A DNA stretch of 64,000 nucleotides from Candidatus Bathyarchaeota archaeon (GCA_963775685.1 CAVZJV010000014.1:2304001-2368000); one strand, 5' to 3'. Shown: positions 52,815-63,422, numbered from the stretch's first letter. Notes: generated by a model not told the origin, from the sequence alone. Program-made: numbers and translations.

Positions 52815-53680
52815 GTCGATGTCCTCTTACAAAATTGCTTGTAAGAAAGTTCTAGGGCTTCCCAGTATCTTTCAGGGCTGCCGATGTCAAGATGTGAATA
52901 ACCTTTATCTAACTTAACAGCATAAACTTTTAGTCCCCAATCAATGAGTTTTTGGATGGCGTCTGTTAGCTGTATTTCTCCATTTCTTCCAGGTTTGGTT
53001 GCCTCCAGTGCTTTGAAGATGATTGGGTGGAAAACGTACATGGCCATGATTGCCAGGTTTGTAGTTGGTTTTTCTGGTTTTTCCACGACTCTTGTGACTT
53101 TAATTATTCCACTTTCAGTTTCTTCTCCTTCAACGATTCCATATTGTTTTGGGTTCTCAATTTCCAAAACTAGAAATGCAGCGTCTGCGTTGAACTGTTC
53201 AAAGACAGTGAGCAGTTTTTTTAGGTAATCCATGTCTTTGGATATGATGGCGCTATCTCCAGCATGTACCAAACAGCTTTCGTTTTGAACAAAGGGTTGA
53301 GCCATCAAAACGGCGTTGCCGAAGCCTTTTGGTTCTGGTTGATTAACCCACATAATCATAGAAGTATCTAGTTTGTTGTAAAATTGTTCTAGATCGGATG
53401 CTTGCCCGTTTTTACCCATGCCCTCAAGCGTTCTAATGCAGTTTGCGTCTGGCATGAAATGGTCTTCTATTCCACGTTTTCCTCTGCCAACAACATAACA
53501 GAACTCTCGGAGTCCCGCATCGTATACTTGTTCAAAAACTAGTTGTACTACTGGTTTTACCATCATGTCTCCATGTGTTGATATTGAGAAGATGGGGAGC
53601 ATTTCTTTTGGTTGCTCTTTGGTTGCTGGGAACAGGCGTGTTCCTAATCCAGCTGCGGGAATTATGACTTTGTGGATCAC
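52811..53680 (-). CDS. galU: UTP-glucose-1-phosphate uridylyltransferase
   Basis: IPAAGLGTRLFPATKEQPKEMLP, QPEPKGFGNAV, VEKP, EIQLTDAI. Confidence 0.85.
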   Translation of the reverse strand: MIHKVIIPAAGLGTRLFPATKEQPKEMLPIFSISTHGDMMVKPVVQLVFEQVYDAGLREFCYVVGRGKRGIEDHFMPDANCIRTLEGMGKNGQASDLEQFYNKLDTSMIMWVNQPEPKGFGNAVLMAQPFVQNESCLVHAGDSAIISKDMDYLKKLLTVFEQFNADAAFLVLEIENPKQYGIVEGEETESGIIKVTRVVEKPEKPTTNLAIMAMYVFHPIIFKALEATKPGRNGEIQLTDAIQKLIDWGLKVYAVKLDKGYSHLDIGSPERYWEALELSYKQFCKRTST

Positions 53681-53772
53681 TATTGTCCTCTCTGTTGTCT
53701 TTCTGTTTTATATTAACCCATATATATTTATGATTATTTAGTCCAAATTATAGTTTGGTTTGGGTTTGACCT

Positions 53773-55119
53773 TTGAAGAAACAATCTAAGATATCTGTTA
53801 TCGGCTCAGGTTATGTTGGTTTATGTACTGCTGTGGCTTTAGCAAGCAAGGGCTACAGCGTTTTGGCTTGCGATGTTGATGAGACAAAGATAGAGAAAAT
53901 AAACAAGGGCATTCCTCCTTTTCATGAGCCTGGTTTGCAAGAAAAACTAAAAGAAAGCATTGCGAAAGGCTATCTGAGGGGCGTGGTTGGTCAAATTGAC
54001 CGCGTTATTTTGAAGACGGATTTAACGTTTGTTGCAGTTGGGACACCTAGTAGGCCAGACGGCAGCATCGACCTTCAATACATAGAATCCGCTGCAAAGA
54101 GCATTGGAAAAGCGCTAAAACAAAAAAATACCTACCACATTACCATAATAAAAAGTACCGTCGTGCCAGGGACAACCCAAAGCATTGTTAAACCCGCACT
54201 TGAGGGAAAATCAAGGAAGAAGTGCGGCGTCGACTTTGGGTTATGCATGAATCCTGAGTTTCTCCGGCAAGGTTCCGCCTTTCAGGATACAGTTGACGCT
54301 GACCGAGTAGTCATTGGTTCATTTGATAAGCAATCAGGCGACGCTCTGGAAGACCTCTACCGAGGCTTCTACAGCGGGAATGTTCCCCCAATTATCAGAA
54401 CTACCCTTTCCACGGCGGAACTAATCAAGTACGCCAGCAACTCGATGCTTGCAACAAAAATAAGCTTCATAAACACAATCGCTAACATTTGTGAAAAAAT
54501 CCCAGGCGCCGACATCAAAGTCGTTGCAACCGCTATGGGGTTGGATAAGCGTATTGGTTCACTTTTCTTGGATGCAGGTTTAGGGTACGGCGGCTCATGT
54601 TTCCCCAAAGACGTAAAAGCCTTGATTGCTTGCTCTAAAGCTTTCGGTTACTCTCCTGAGCTCCTGGAATCTACTGAGAGCGTTAATAAGATGCAACCTC
54701 TCAAAGCAGTGGAGTTCTGCAAGCAACAAATCGGCAGTCTAGAAGGCAAAAAGATTGCGATTTTGGGTTTGGCGTTTAAGCCAGATACCGATGATATGCG
54801 GGAGGCAAGGGTGATTCCCATTGTTAATGCGTTGCTAAAGGAAGGTGCCTTTGTGGTTGCTTATGACCCGGTAGCCATGCCAATGGCCAAAACCATATTC
54901 AAAAATAAAATAGAATACGCCTGCTCAGCCACAGATTGCCTCAAAAAAGCAGACTGCAGCATACTTGCAACAGAATGGCCTGAATTCAAGAAACTAACAC
55001 CGGAAGACTTCATCAAAAACATGAAGCAACCTGTGCTTATCGACGGCAGAAGAATCTATGACCCACAAATGTTTGAAAAGAAGATGAAATTTGTTGCGCT
55101 TGGGCTAGGGCAGACCTAA
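53773..55119 (+). CDS. ugd: UDP-glucose/GDP-mannose 6-dehydrogenase
   Basis: GSGYVG, KSTVVPG, NPEFLRQG, GYGGSCFPKD, AFKPDTDD. Confidence 0.93.
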   Translation: MKKQSKISVIGSGYVGLCTAVALASKGYSVLACDVDETKIEKINKGIPPFHEPGLQEKLKESIAKGYLRGVVGQIDRVILKTDLTFVAVGTPSRPDGSIDLQYIESAAKSIGKALKQKNTYHITIIKSTVVPGTTQSIVKPALEGKSRKKCGVDFGLCMNPEFLRQGSAFQDTVDADRVVIGSFDKQSGDALEDLYRGFYSGNVPPIIRTTLSTAELIKYASNSMLATKISFINTIANICEKIPGADIKVVATAMGLDKRIGSLFLDAGLGYGGSCFPKDVKALIACSKAFGYSPELLESTESVNKMQPLKAVEFCKQQIGSLEGKKIAILGLAFKPDTDDMREARVIPIVNALLKEGAFVVAYDPVAMPMAKTIFKNKIEYACSATDCLKKADCSILATEWPEFKKLTPEDFIKNMKQPVLIDGRRIYDPQMFEKKMKFVALGLGQT

Positions 55120-55297
55120 ACCGACTTATCCATCACATTTCATTTTTTCTCTGTTAACTTGCAGAAAACAATGTGCCAAACTTGATTCACTTTTACTCCC
55201 CCCTCTACTGCAATAGGATGTCGTTTGCAATATTGGATTAAAAGGGCTATCATGAACTATCTTACCTCTAAAAAGTAATCGTAAATGAGGAATTGTA

Positions 55298-55459
55298 ATG
55301 ACTAAAGGCAAGCATTGGACAAATCAACAAGAAAACGAACTGAAAATTCTGGAGGAAGCAAATTCAACTGTTGAGGAAATAGCGGCAAAACTCCAAAAAT
55401 CACCAGGAGCCATATTTTATCAAATGTCAACGTCCTTACCGAGGAGAAATCTGAACTGA
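55298..55459 (+). pseudogene. truncated Myb/HTH-like DNA-binding protein fragment (not in ORF track)
   Basis: Hand translation MTKGKHWTNQQENELKILEEANSTVEEIAAKLQKSPGAIF matches the WTxxE..L..IA..L.KS motif; drifts out of frame in a T-run. Confidence 0.5.
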
Positions 55460-55921
55460 GCTAACTGTAGAGCGGTTTGACCTGCGAAAGGACTTCGACA
55501 CCTGATTCTCTCATCCAGTGGCACACACGACGACGTCTTTTGAAACATAGCATTGGTGGAATATGCAACGGCAAATATGGCGCCAGAACCCTTCTTAGTT
55601 GTTGTGCCTAGAGAATAGATCAACAACTTGTGCACCTAAGAGTACTCTTAACATTCTCCCACACCCACAACCAGTCAAACTCAACATAAGCCTATGTATA
55701 CTTCTGAATGCGAACCTCGTAGTTCACTTCCCAACAGCAGGTAAAATAAAAGCAAAAAACAAAATGCAGACATAATTACACTCAAGAATTAGTGGTAGGG
55801 AAAAAACCACAACTACGCAAAGAAGGCTGAACAAAAAACCTTGTTGAAACCAAAAGTGATAAACGGAACATCACAAACAACAATTAACCCATAAAGACAA
55901 AGAAATGCTAGGAAGAGAGAT

Positions 55922-57527
55922 ATGTCTAAGGCTACAGAGATGGCAAGGGTTTCAGCTAAAGGCGGCTTTCACCTACTTTGGGGTCTAGTGCTGTCTACTG
56001 TCATCTCGGCTGTAGGAACAATAATTATTGCCAGGCTTTTAGGCGCAGACAACATGGGGTTGTACGCGATTGCTCTTGCCGCCCCAAACTTAATCGCTAC
56101 GTTCAGGGATTGGGGAGTAACCACCGCCATGATAAAGTATTCCGCTGAATACAACAGCGCAAATAACGTGGCAAAAGTAAAAAGCGTTTTTGTGTCTGGA
56201 TTAGTCTTCGAAATAATAGTGGGTCTTGCCCTCTCAGTATTGTCTTTGGTGCTCTCCCAGTTTCTAGCTGATTTCTATGGACGCCCAGCTATTGTTCAAT
56301 TAATCCAAATTGCTTCTTTGTACATCTTGACAAGTGCATTAGTCGGTACAGCGACCGCTTCATTCACAGGTATGGAAAAGATGCATCTTAACAGTTTCAT
56401 GTTAATTATTCAATCAATAGTTAAGACTGCCCTGATTATTGCGCTGGTAGGTTTGGGTTTAGGCACTATAGGCGCGGTTGTCGGTTTTTCAATGGGTGTC
56501 TTGGTTGCCGGTATCGTTGGAGTATTGTCTATGTTTACGATGTATCGGTCTTTTCCAAAGTCAACACATAGCAAATTAGAATTGATTAAGACAATTAAAA
56601 CCATGCTTAGATACGGGTTGCCGCTCTCAATTGGCGCTATATTTATTGGGTTTCTTACTCAATTCTACAGTTTCATTATGGCAATATTTGTTACTGACAA
56701 TTCGTTGATTGGAAATTATTCTGTTGCGGTAAACTTTGTTGTTCTAATAACATTTTTTGCTACTCCAGTTACAACTATGCTGTTTCCTGCCTTCTCAAAA
56801 TTGGACGCCAAAAAAGACAAGGCAACTCTGAGGCAGGTTTATCAATATTCAGTTAAGTATGCAGCGCTTATTGTGATGCCTGTTACTGTGATGGTTATGG
56901 CTCTGGCGCAACCTGCTATCGGTACCATTTTCGAAGACAAGTACGTTCAAGCGCCTCTCTATCTTGCTTTGCTGTCAGTGATCTATCTTTTTTCTGCTAT
57001 GGGAAGCCTAAGCACTGGTAACTTGATAAACGGTCAAGGCTACACAAAATATAACCTGAAACTAAACCTCTTTACAGTGGCAATAGGCTTTCCCTTGAGT
57101 TTTATTTTAGTTTCTCAGTTCGGCATCATCGGCTTGATTGTTACAACCACAATAGTTGGTATTCCGTCCTTTATCTTGAGCTTGCGCTTTGTCAAGAAAA
57201 AATTTGATCTCTCTTTGGACTGGGGTTCCTCTGCAAAGATTACGCTTTCTTCAGCTGCTGCAGGAATAATAACTTTTTTTGCGGTCTCTGTGTTACCGTT
57301 TAGTAGTCCAATACTGCCTAGTCTTAGGCGCAGGTGTTTTTGTGATAGTCTTTGTATTCCTAGTTGTAGTTACTCGAACTCTAAACAAGGTCGACTTAGA
57401 AAACATAAGGGGTATCACAAACGCAATGGGACCATTACGTAAACCTCTTAGTTTATTGATTCGTGTTATCGAGAAGCTGATGAATATTTTAGGTCGTCCT
57501 GAAAAGAAGTCTTTAGCAACTGTATAG
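55922..57527 (+). CDS. Wzx/MOP-family oligosaccharide flippase (~534 aa) with +1 frameshift near 57318
   Basis: ARLLGADNMGLY, DWGVTTAMIKY, LFPAFSKL and about 14 TMs; removing one C restores ILLVLGAGVFVIVF. Confidence 0.9.
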
Positions 57528-57572
57528 TTGAATGGGCAATAGTTTTCTTATTGAATAAAATAAAAGGAAGGG

Positions 57573-57779
57573 TTACTGTGGAATTTCAATCAAGTAAGGT
57601 TTTTGAAGTTCAGCGTTTTTTGATAGATGGTTTAGTTTTCTGTATTTGCCACAGTAACTTCTGCCAGTGTGTGTGCATGTGTAGCTTGAGTTTGAGTAAA
57701 GATTGCATGAACGAGTGAATTTGCATTTTGCTTTCCGGTTAATCAGAGCAGAAAAAAGCATTTCTCTTGATTTTCTCAT
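57573..57779 (-). CDS. small Cys-containing hypothetical protein
   Basis: C-x5-C...C-x7-CGKYR pattern; ATG start. Confidence 0.4.
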   Translation of the reverse strand: MRKSREMLFSALINRKAKCKFTRSCNLYSNSSYTCTHTGRSYCGKYRKLNHLSKNAELQKPYLIEIPQ

Positions 57780-57939
57780 GTTACTCTCATCTTGCTTTAT
57801 GAATTAGCGGTTGCTGTTGGTTTATTGTTCCATTTGTTAATAGGACTATGTGGTTGTACTCATGCAACTACATTTTGGTTAATGTAATTACTTAATAAGG
57901 CAAGAGTTAGTCATACTACACTGTTTATGAGGAATTAAC

Positions 57940-58998
57940 GTGAAAGCCCTTGTTCTTAGTGGTGGAAAAGGAACCAGACTTAGACCACTAACATTCACCT
58001 GCGCCAAACAACTCATTCCAGTAGCTAACAAACCCATCTTAGGTTACGTTCTTGACCAGGTGGCGGCAACCAACATAAAAAAGGTTGGGATAATCACCGC
58101 TCACGAGACGGGGCAATTTGTTGAGGATTATGTTACTGATGGTTCAAGCTGGAACCTTGACATATGTTACATTCCTCAAGAACCGCTAGGCTTGGCGCAC
58201 GCTGTCAAGACAGCTCAACGATTTCTGGGTAAGGATTCTTTTGTCATGTGTCTTGGCGACAACGTGACAGGTCAAGGCTTGCAAACATTTGTCAAAAAAT
58301 TCAAAAATGAACATTTGGATGCACTAATTATTCTTAAAGCTGTTGACAACCCTTCAGCCTTTGGCATAGCCCAGCTAGATGAAAAAGGTAACATAGTAAA
58401 ACTCGTTGAGAAACCAAAAACGCCAATGGGCAATCTTGCGATTATTGGCACGTACTTGTTCTCCAATAAAGTTCATGAGGCAATCGAGCGTATCACGCCG
58501 TCTTGGCGTGGCGAACTCGAAATTACTGACGCTATCCAAGAAATGATTAACATGGGCTTTTCAGTTAAGGCTGAAATCTTAAATTCTTGGTGGCTTGACA
58601 CCGGCAAAAAAGACGACATTCTTTCAGCCAACGCCAAAATACTCGACGAGTATATAGAGCTAGATCTAAAAGGAACAATAAATAACAGCACAATTGATGG
58701 TCGAGTGAAAGTTGAACCCGACGCAAAAATAATAAACAGCACAATTAGAGGACCTTGCATCATAGGAAAAAACACTTACGTTGAAAACTCGTTTATCGGA
58801 CCTTACTCTAGCATCGGTGACAATTCTAGAATTCTTTGTTCAAACATTGAGTATTGTGTAATACAGGATAGTGTAACCGTTAAAGACATCGAACGCTTAG
58901 AAGACAGTTTAATCGGCAAAAATGCTAAGGTAACCCGTAACCAAAGGAACCGAACCATAAAGTTGCACGTGGGCGACTACTCAGAAGTAGAGGTTTAG
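57940..58998 (+). CDS. rfbA: glucose-1-phosphate thymidylyltransferase (long form)
   Basis: LSGGKGTRLRPLT..AKQLIPV, GLAHAV, RGELEITDAI, WWLDTG, C-terminal beta-helix. Confidence 0.95.
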   Translation: MKALVLSGGKGTRLRPLTFTCAKQLIPVANKPILGYVLDQVAATNIKKVGIITAHETGQFVEDYVTDGSSWNLDICYIPQEPLGLAHAVKTAQRFLGKDSFVMCLGDNVTGQGLQTFVKKFKNEHLDALIILKAVDNPSAFGIAQLDEKGNIVKLVEKPKTPMGNLAIIGTYLFSNKVHEAIERITPSWRGELEITDAIQEMINMGFSVKAEILNSWWLDTGKKDDILSANAKILDEYIELDLKGTINNSTIDGRVKVEPDAKIINSTIRGPCIIGKNTYVENSFIGPYSSIGDNSRILCSNIEYCVIQDSVTVKDIERLEDSLIGKNAKVTRNQRNRTIKLHVGDYSEVEV

Positions 58999-59063
58999 CG
59001 CTGCAAATAGCAACCATTATTAAGTTTTTTAAACGATATGTCTAGGTAAGCAAGGAATCACTT

Positions 59064-59567
59064 ATGTTACAAGGGATAAAAATTAGGGCAATACGTCGAA
59101 TTACAGATGAAAGAGGATTCTTCACAGAGGTAATGCGTAAGGATTGGAAGGAACTTTTCGGAGAAGATACTGTCGCCCAAGCAAACCTCTCGTTCACGTA
59201 CCCTAATATTATTCGAGCTTGGCATAGACATGTTAGGGATCAAACAGATTACTTTTTGGCACTAAAAGGTATGATTAAAATTTGCGCATTTGACGATAAA
59301 ACAGCCGAAGTTAACGAGATTATTTCAAGTGGTTTAGACTTGCAGATTGTTCGTATTCCTGGACATTATTGGCATGGCTTTAAAGCAGTCGGCTGTGAAC
59401 CTGCTATGTTGCTGTATTTTACCACTAACCTGTATGACCCTGCAGACCCAGATGAGGAACGGCGGGATTGGAATGATCCAACAGTTATTCCAAAAATCGT
59501 TAATGGCAAAAAGAATGCTTCACGTGTTAGTCTCCCTTGGGATTGGAATTATCTACCTCATAAGTGA
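59064..59567 (+). CDS. rfbC: dTDP-4-dehydrorhamnose 3,5-epimerase family
   Basis: DERGFFTE, RAWHRH, IPGHYWHGF cupin motifs; gene context. Confidence 0.9.
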   Translation: MLQGIKIRAIRRITDERGFFTEVMRKDWKELFGEDTVAQANLSFTYPNIIRAWHRHVRDQTDYFLALKGMIKICAFDDKTAEVNEIISSGLDLQIVRIPGHYWHGFKAVGCEPAMLLYFTTNLYDPADPDEERRDWNDPTVIPKIVNGKKNASRVSLPWDWNYLPHK

Positions 59568-59573
59568 TGAACT

Positions 59574-60581
59574 ATGAAACTGTTAGTGACTGGCGGTTTA
59601 GGATTTATCGGAAGCAACTTTTGTAGGCTTATGCTTGCGAAACATCCTGACTTAGAATTGATAAATGTTGACAAAATGGGCATAGGAGCCAACCCTGCGA
59701 GCCTCCATGACATTGAAAACGATAAGCGTTACACCTTCATAAAAGGCGACATTTGTAACCCCTTGCTAATGAACCGTTTGATTCATCAGGTCGACGCCGT
59801 CGTTAACATAGCGGCAGAAACACATGTTGACAGAAGCATCGCTGACCCCAACGTGTTTTTGCAGAATAATACTGTTGGCACATTTACCATTTTGGAAGCC
59901 ATAAGGAGGCATAACCATAAGGCGAGACTTTTGCAGGTTTCAACTGACGAGGTTTATGGTGAAGCCCTAGAAGGCTCCTTCACAGAAAACACTCCGCCGA
60001 AACCATCTAACCCCTACTCAGCCTCAAAAGCAGCGGCAGATATGTTCGTGCTTTCGTACCATAAGACATTCGGCTTAAACGTGTCAATCACACGGTGTAC
60101 TAACAACTTTGGTCCCTACCAGCTTCCTGAAAAATTAATTCCTAAAACAGTGATTCGCGCACTTCGCGACCTTCCTATACCGATTTATGGGAAAGGAACC
60201 AATATCCGCGACTGGATTTACGTGCAAGACCACTGTGAAGCCTTAAACAAAGTTCTTGAAAAAGGCAAGCCAGGCGAAATATATAACGTTTCAGCAGGAA
60301 ACGAGGTTACTAACTTTGAGATAGTCAAAAAAATTATAGCTTTACTCCATAAACCCGAGAGTCTAATCACCTTCGTCGAAGACCGACCCGGACATGACGC
60401 CCGCTATAGTTTAGATTCAACTAAGCTCTGCAAAGAGTTGGGTTGGAAGCCAAAATGCGGTTTCGAGAAGGCCATAGAATCAACTGTTCAATGGTATCTT
60501 GAAAACGAACACTGGTGGACTCCGTTTGCCACCGAAGTCATTTTGCATCCGACGCCTTGGAAGATCGGAGGGTTTCATTGA
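59574..60581 (+). CDS. rfbB: dTDP-glucose 4,6-dehydratase
   Basis: AAETHVDRSI, STDEVYG, PYSASKA, PEKLIP, DRPGHD. Confidence 0.96.
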   Translation: MKLLVTGGLGFIGSNFCRLMLAKHPDLELINVDKMGIGANPASLHDIENDKRYTFIKGDICNPLLMNRLIHQVDAVVNIAAETHVDRSIADPNVFLQNNTVGTFTILEAIRRHNHKARLLQVSTDEVYGEALEGSFTENTPPKPSNPYSASKAAADMFVLSYHKTFGLNVSITRCTNNFGPYQLPEKLIPKTVIRALRDLPIPIYGKGTNIRDWIYVQDHCEALNKVLEKGKPGEIYNVSAGNEVTNFEIVKKIIALLHKPESLITFVEDRPGHDARYSLDSTKLCKELGWKPKCGFEKAIESTVQWYLENEHWWTPFATEVILHPTPWKIGGFH

Positions 60582-61477
60582 AGCTTCTGATTACGGGTGC
60601 AAGCGGGCTTTACGGTTCAAAACTTGCTCAGTTGGCGCTTGAAGAAGGCATCGAGGTTTACTCCTCGGACATTCAGAGCCTCTCTGTTTACGGCAATTTC
60701 GTTAAACTGGACATATCTGGAAAAGAACAGGTTGAAGAAGCGTTCAAAACTATAACGCCAGAGGTTGTGGTTCATGCTGCAACTTTGACAGATGTCGATA
60801 AATGCGAAACTAACAAGGAGCTTGCTTGGAAAGTCAATGTTGAAGGCACAAAAAATATCGTGGAATCAGCCAAAAGTGTAGGGTCATTTTTTATTTACAT
60901 TTCTACGGATTACGTTTTCAGCGGCGAAAAGGGTTGTTACAAAGAGACCGATAGACCTGATCCAATTAACTACTACGGCTTAACCAAGCTTAAGGCTGAA
61001 GAAATCGTCCAAACGCAACCTGAATACCTCATTGCAAGACCCAGCGTAATTTACGGTTCAACGCCTGCAGCTGGAAAAGTCAACTTCGCCCTCTGGCTAA
61101 TTGAAGCTCTCAGAAAAGACGAACGCGTCAAAATTGTTACTGACCAGTGGAATACTCCCACACTTAACACTAACTTAGCTGAAATGACTCTAGAACTTAT
61201 CGAACGCAGATTAACTGGGATTTATCACTTATGTGGTGCCACGCGTGTTAGCCGACTAGAGCTTGCTGAGCGAATCGCTGACACATTCAACTTAAACAAG
61301 GGATTGATTGACAGGGTTACATCTGCACAGTTCACTTTGCCAGCTAAGCGTCCCATAGATTCATCGCTCGATACATCCAAGGCGCAGAAAACTTTGAAAT
61401 GTAAACCAATGGTCATGGATAAGGCGATGATGCAACTAAAGTTTGAGGTTACCAAAAAGTTACCGTATTTGGCGTAA
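60578..61477 (+). CDS. rfbD: dTDP-4-dehydrorhamnose reductase
   Basis: TGASG, TDVDKCE, ISTDYVF, YGLTK, VTDQW, AKRP. Confidence 0.93.
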   Translation: MKLLITGASGLYGSKLAQLALEEGIEVYSSDIQSLSVYGNFVKLDISGKEQVEEAFKTITPEVVVHAATLTDVDKCETNKELAWKVNVEGTKNIVESAKSVGSFFIYISTDYVFSGEKGCYKETDRPDPINYYGLTKLKAEEIVQTQPEYLIARPSVIYGSTPAAGKVNFALWLIEALRKDERVKIVTDQWNTPTLNTNLAEMTLELIERRLTGIYHLCGATRVSRLELAERIADTFNLNKGLIDRVTSAQFTLPAKRPIDSSLDTSKAQKTLKCKPMVMDKAMMQLKFEVTKKLPYLA

Positions 61478-61521
61478 GCGTTATTTAATGGGCCGTGCCT
61501 TGAGGTTGTTTGGTAGAGTCG

Positions 61522-61836
61522 ATGAACCATCAGTCCAATGTTAAACAAATTGCGAGACAACGCATAGTGATTTTGTTTGAGCAAGCCAAGAAGGTGTGTA
61601 AAGGGGAGCCTAAACGAGCGACGCAGTATATTTCTTCGGCTCGGCGGATTGCAATGGCAGCTCGGATTCGTCTACCTGTTGAGTTTCGACGGCAAACCTG
61701 TAAAAACTGCAATAGCTTATTTGTGCATGGCATCAACTGCCGTGTTAGGATAAAGCAAAAAAGGGAGCCTCATGTTGTAATAACATGTTTAAACTGTAGC
61801 AACCAAACTCGCTTAATGTTAAAGAAAAGGAGATAA
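61522..61836 (+). CDS. rnp4: ribonuclease P protein component 4 (Rpp21)
   Basis: IARQRIVILF, ARRIAM, CKNC...CLNC zinc ribbon; conserved gene context. Confidence 0.93.
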   Translation: MNHQSNVKQIARQRIVILFEQAKKVCKGEPKRATQYISSARRIAMAARIRLPVEFRRQTCKNCNSLFVHGINCRVRIKQKREPHVVITCLNCSNQTRLMLKKRR

Positions 61837-61842
61837 ACGAAT

Positions 61843-62157
61843 TTGAGCAAAATAACAACCAGAATGAAGCGCCACGTTAGGCATGTTCTTAAAGATGAGA
61901 ACCCAACGATTTGGGTGGGTAAAGAGGGATTAACACCTCAATTGGTAAGTGAAATGGAAAAGCAGTTGCAAAGAAACAAGATGGTGAAGGTTAGGATTCT
62001 GCCTGCTGCAATGCAGGGTGAAGTTACAGCTCAGGTGATTGCCGCTAATGCGGCCAAACAAACCAACGCTGCTTTGGTCGAGGTACGCGGTCACGTCTTT
62101 CTTCTATTCCGAAAACGTAAAGCCGTCGAGGCAGACCAAACAGAGCCTCAAAAATAG
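61843..62157 (+). CDS. yhbY: YhbY/CRM RNA-binding protein
   Basis: PTIWVGKEGLT, MVKVRIL, EVRGH. Confidence 0.92.
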   Translation: MSKITTRMKRHVRHVLKDENPTIWVGKEGLTPQLVSEMEKQLQRNKMVKVRILPAAMQGEVTAQVIAANAAKQTNAALVEVRGHVFLLFRKRKAVEADQTEPQK

Positions 62158-62382
62158 TTTTTCTAAATCTAACTTAGTTTTTAAAAACTTATTCGATAAG
62201 AGCTAAGATTTGGATCAAATTCTTTTCAGCGTTATTGTGGTTTTTAAGAAAACCAATAAATGAACTTGATACAACTAAAGTCTTACATTTCATAAAATAA
62301 ACGGGAAACTTTGAAGAAATTATCTAACTGTTTTTGAGGTTATAAGTAAGGGGTGTCGTCTTTTATGAGTGCAATAAGTTCA

Positions 62383-62397
62383 GAGAATATTTATATT
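62383..62397 (+). promoter_or_regulatory. putative BRE/TATA box for rps19e
   Basis: Purine-rich GAGAA followed by TTTATATT about 50 nt upstream of the start codon. Confidence 0.45.
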
Positions 62398-62444
62398 AGG
62401 CTTCATTCTTTAACTGCAAGGAAAAACCAAAGGATAGAGACTCT

Positions 62445-62909
62445 TTGACGACTCCTCATGACGTTCCAGCTTCAAAATTCATCGAAAGATTAGCAAAGTA
62501 TCTCAGGGAAAACGTTGACGAAGTTCAACCACTTCCATGGGCAACCTTCGCCAAAACAGGTCCCCACGTAGAGAAGCGACCACAGAACCCCAATTGGTGG
62601 TACACTCGAAGCGCTTCCATTTTGCGAAAGGTATACATTCATGGTCCAATCGGGCTAGAGAAGTTGCGTGCCGACTACGGCGGAAGAAAAAATAGGGGCA
62701 GCAAACCTAACCGCGTAGTGAAGGCAGGCGGAAGCGACATTCGTAGAGTTCTCCAACAACTTGACACTGCGGGCTTGATCCAGATTTCAAGACCAAAAGG
62801 AAGAATTATGACTCCTAAAGGGCGCAAGCTTCTCCAAGAAGTCGCTGGAGACCTTTCAAAAGAAATAGTTAAAGCTATCCCTGAGCTCAAGAAGTATCAA
62901 GGCGAATAG
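62445..62909 (+). CDS. rps19e: 30S ribosomal protein S19e
   Basis: WATFAKTG, NWWYTRSASILRK, YGGRKNRG, IRRVLQQL, GRIMTPKG. Confidence 0.97.
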   Translation: MTTPHDVPASKFIERLAKYLRENVDEVQPLPWATFAKTGPHVEKRPQNPNWWYTRSASILRKVYIHGPIGLEKLRADYGGRKNRGSKPNRVVKAGGSDIRRVLQQLDTAGLIQISRPKGRIMTPKGRKLLQEVAGDLSKEIVKAIPELKKYQGE

Positions 62910-63247
62910 TGACAATGTCAGATGACGAGCTTGACCAGATCCGTAAACGAAAACTTTTGTCGATGCAGAACCGTCGCACGAGTGATGACCAAAGGCAAGC
63001 TCAAGCAGAACAACAAATAGAACAGCAAAAACAGGCGTTGCTCGCCAAAATCTTGGCCCCTGAAGCTCGGCAAAGGCTAAACAACCTGAAAATGGTTAGA
63101 CAAGAGTTTGCTGAAAGTATCGAGATGCAGCTGATTGAGATGGCGCAAACTGGGAAGTTGCCAATTCCACTCTCAGATGCACAGCTCAAGCAAATCCTAG
63201 TTCAGCTTCAATCACGGAAGCGAGAGACAAAAATCAGAAGGATATAA
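62909..63247 (+). CDS. PDCD5/TFAR19 family DNA-binding protein
   Basis: DELDQIRKRKL, ILAPEARQRLNNLKMVR, LKQIL. Confidence 0.93.
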   Translation: MTMSDDELDQIRKRKLLSMQNRRTSDDQRQAQAEQQIEQQKQALLAKILAPEARQRLNNLKMVRQEFAESIEMQLIEMAQTGKLPIPLSDAQLKQILVQLQSRKRETKIRRI

Positions 63248-63249
63248 AG

Positions 63250-63408
63250 ATGGCAAGAGTTAAACCAACAGGAAAGAAACTCCGATTAGCCAAAGCTGGC
63301 AAAGAATCACAATCTGTTCCAACATGGGTAATTGCCAGAACAGACGGTAAAGTTAGGAATAACCCTAAGCAGAGACGCAACTGGAGAACAAGGAAGATAA
63401 AAGCATAG
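63250..63408 (+). CDS. rpl39e: 50S ribosomal protein L39e (not in ORF track)
   Basis: Hand translation MARVKPTGKKLRLAKAGKESQSVPTWVIARTDGKVRNNPKQRRNWRTRKIKA. Confidence 0.95.
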   Translation: MARVKPTGKKLRLAKAGKESQSVPTWVIARTDGKVRNNPKQRRNWRTRKIKA

Positions 63409-63422
63409 GAGAATAAACCGCG

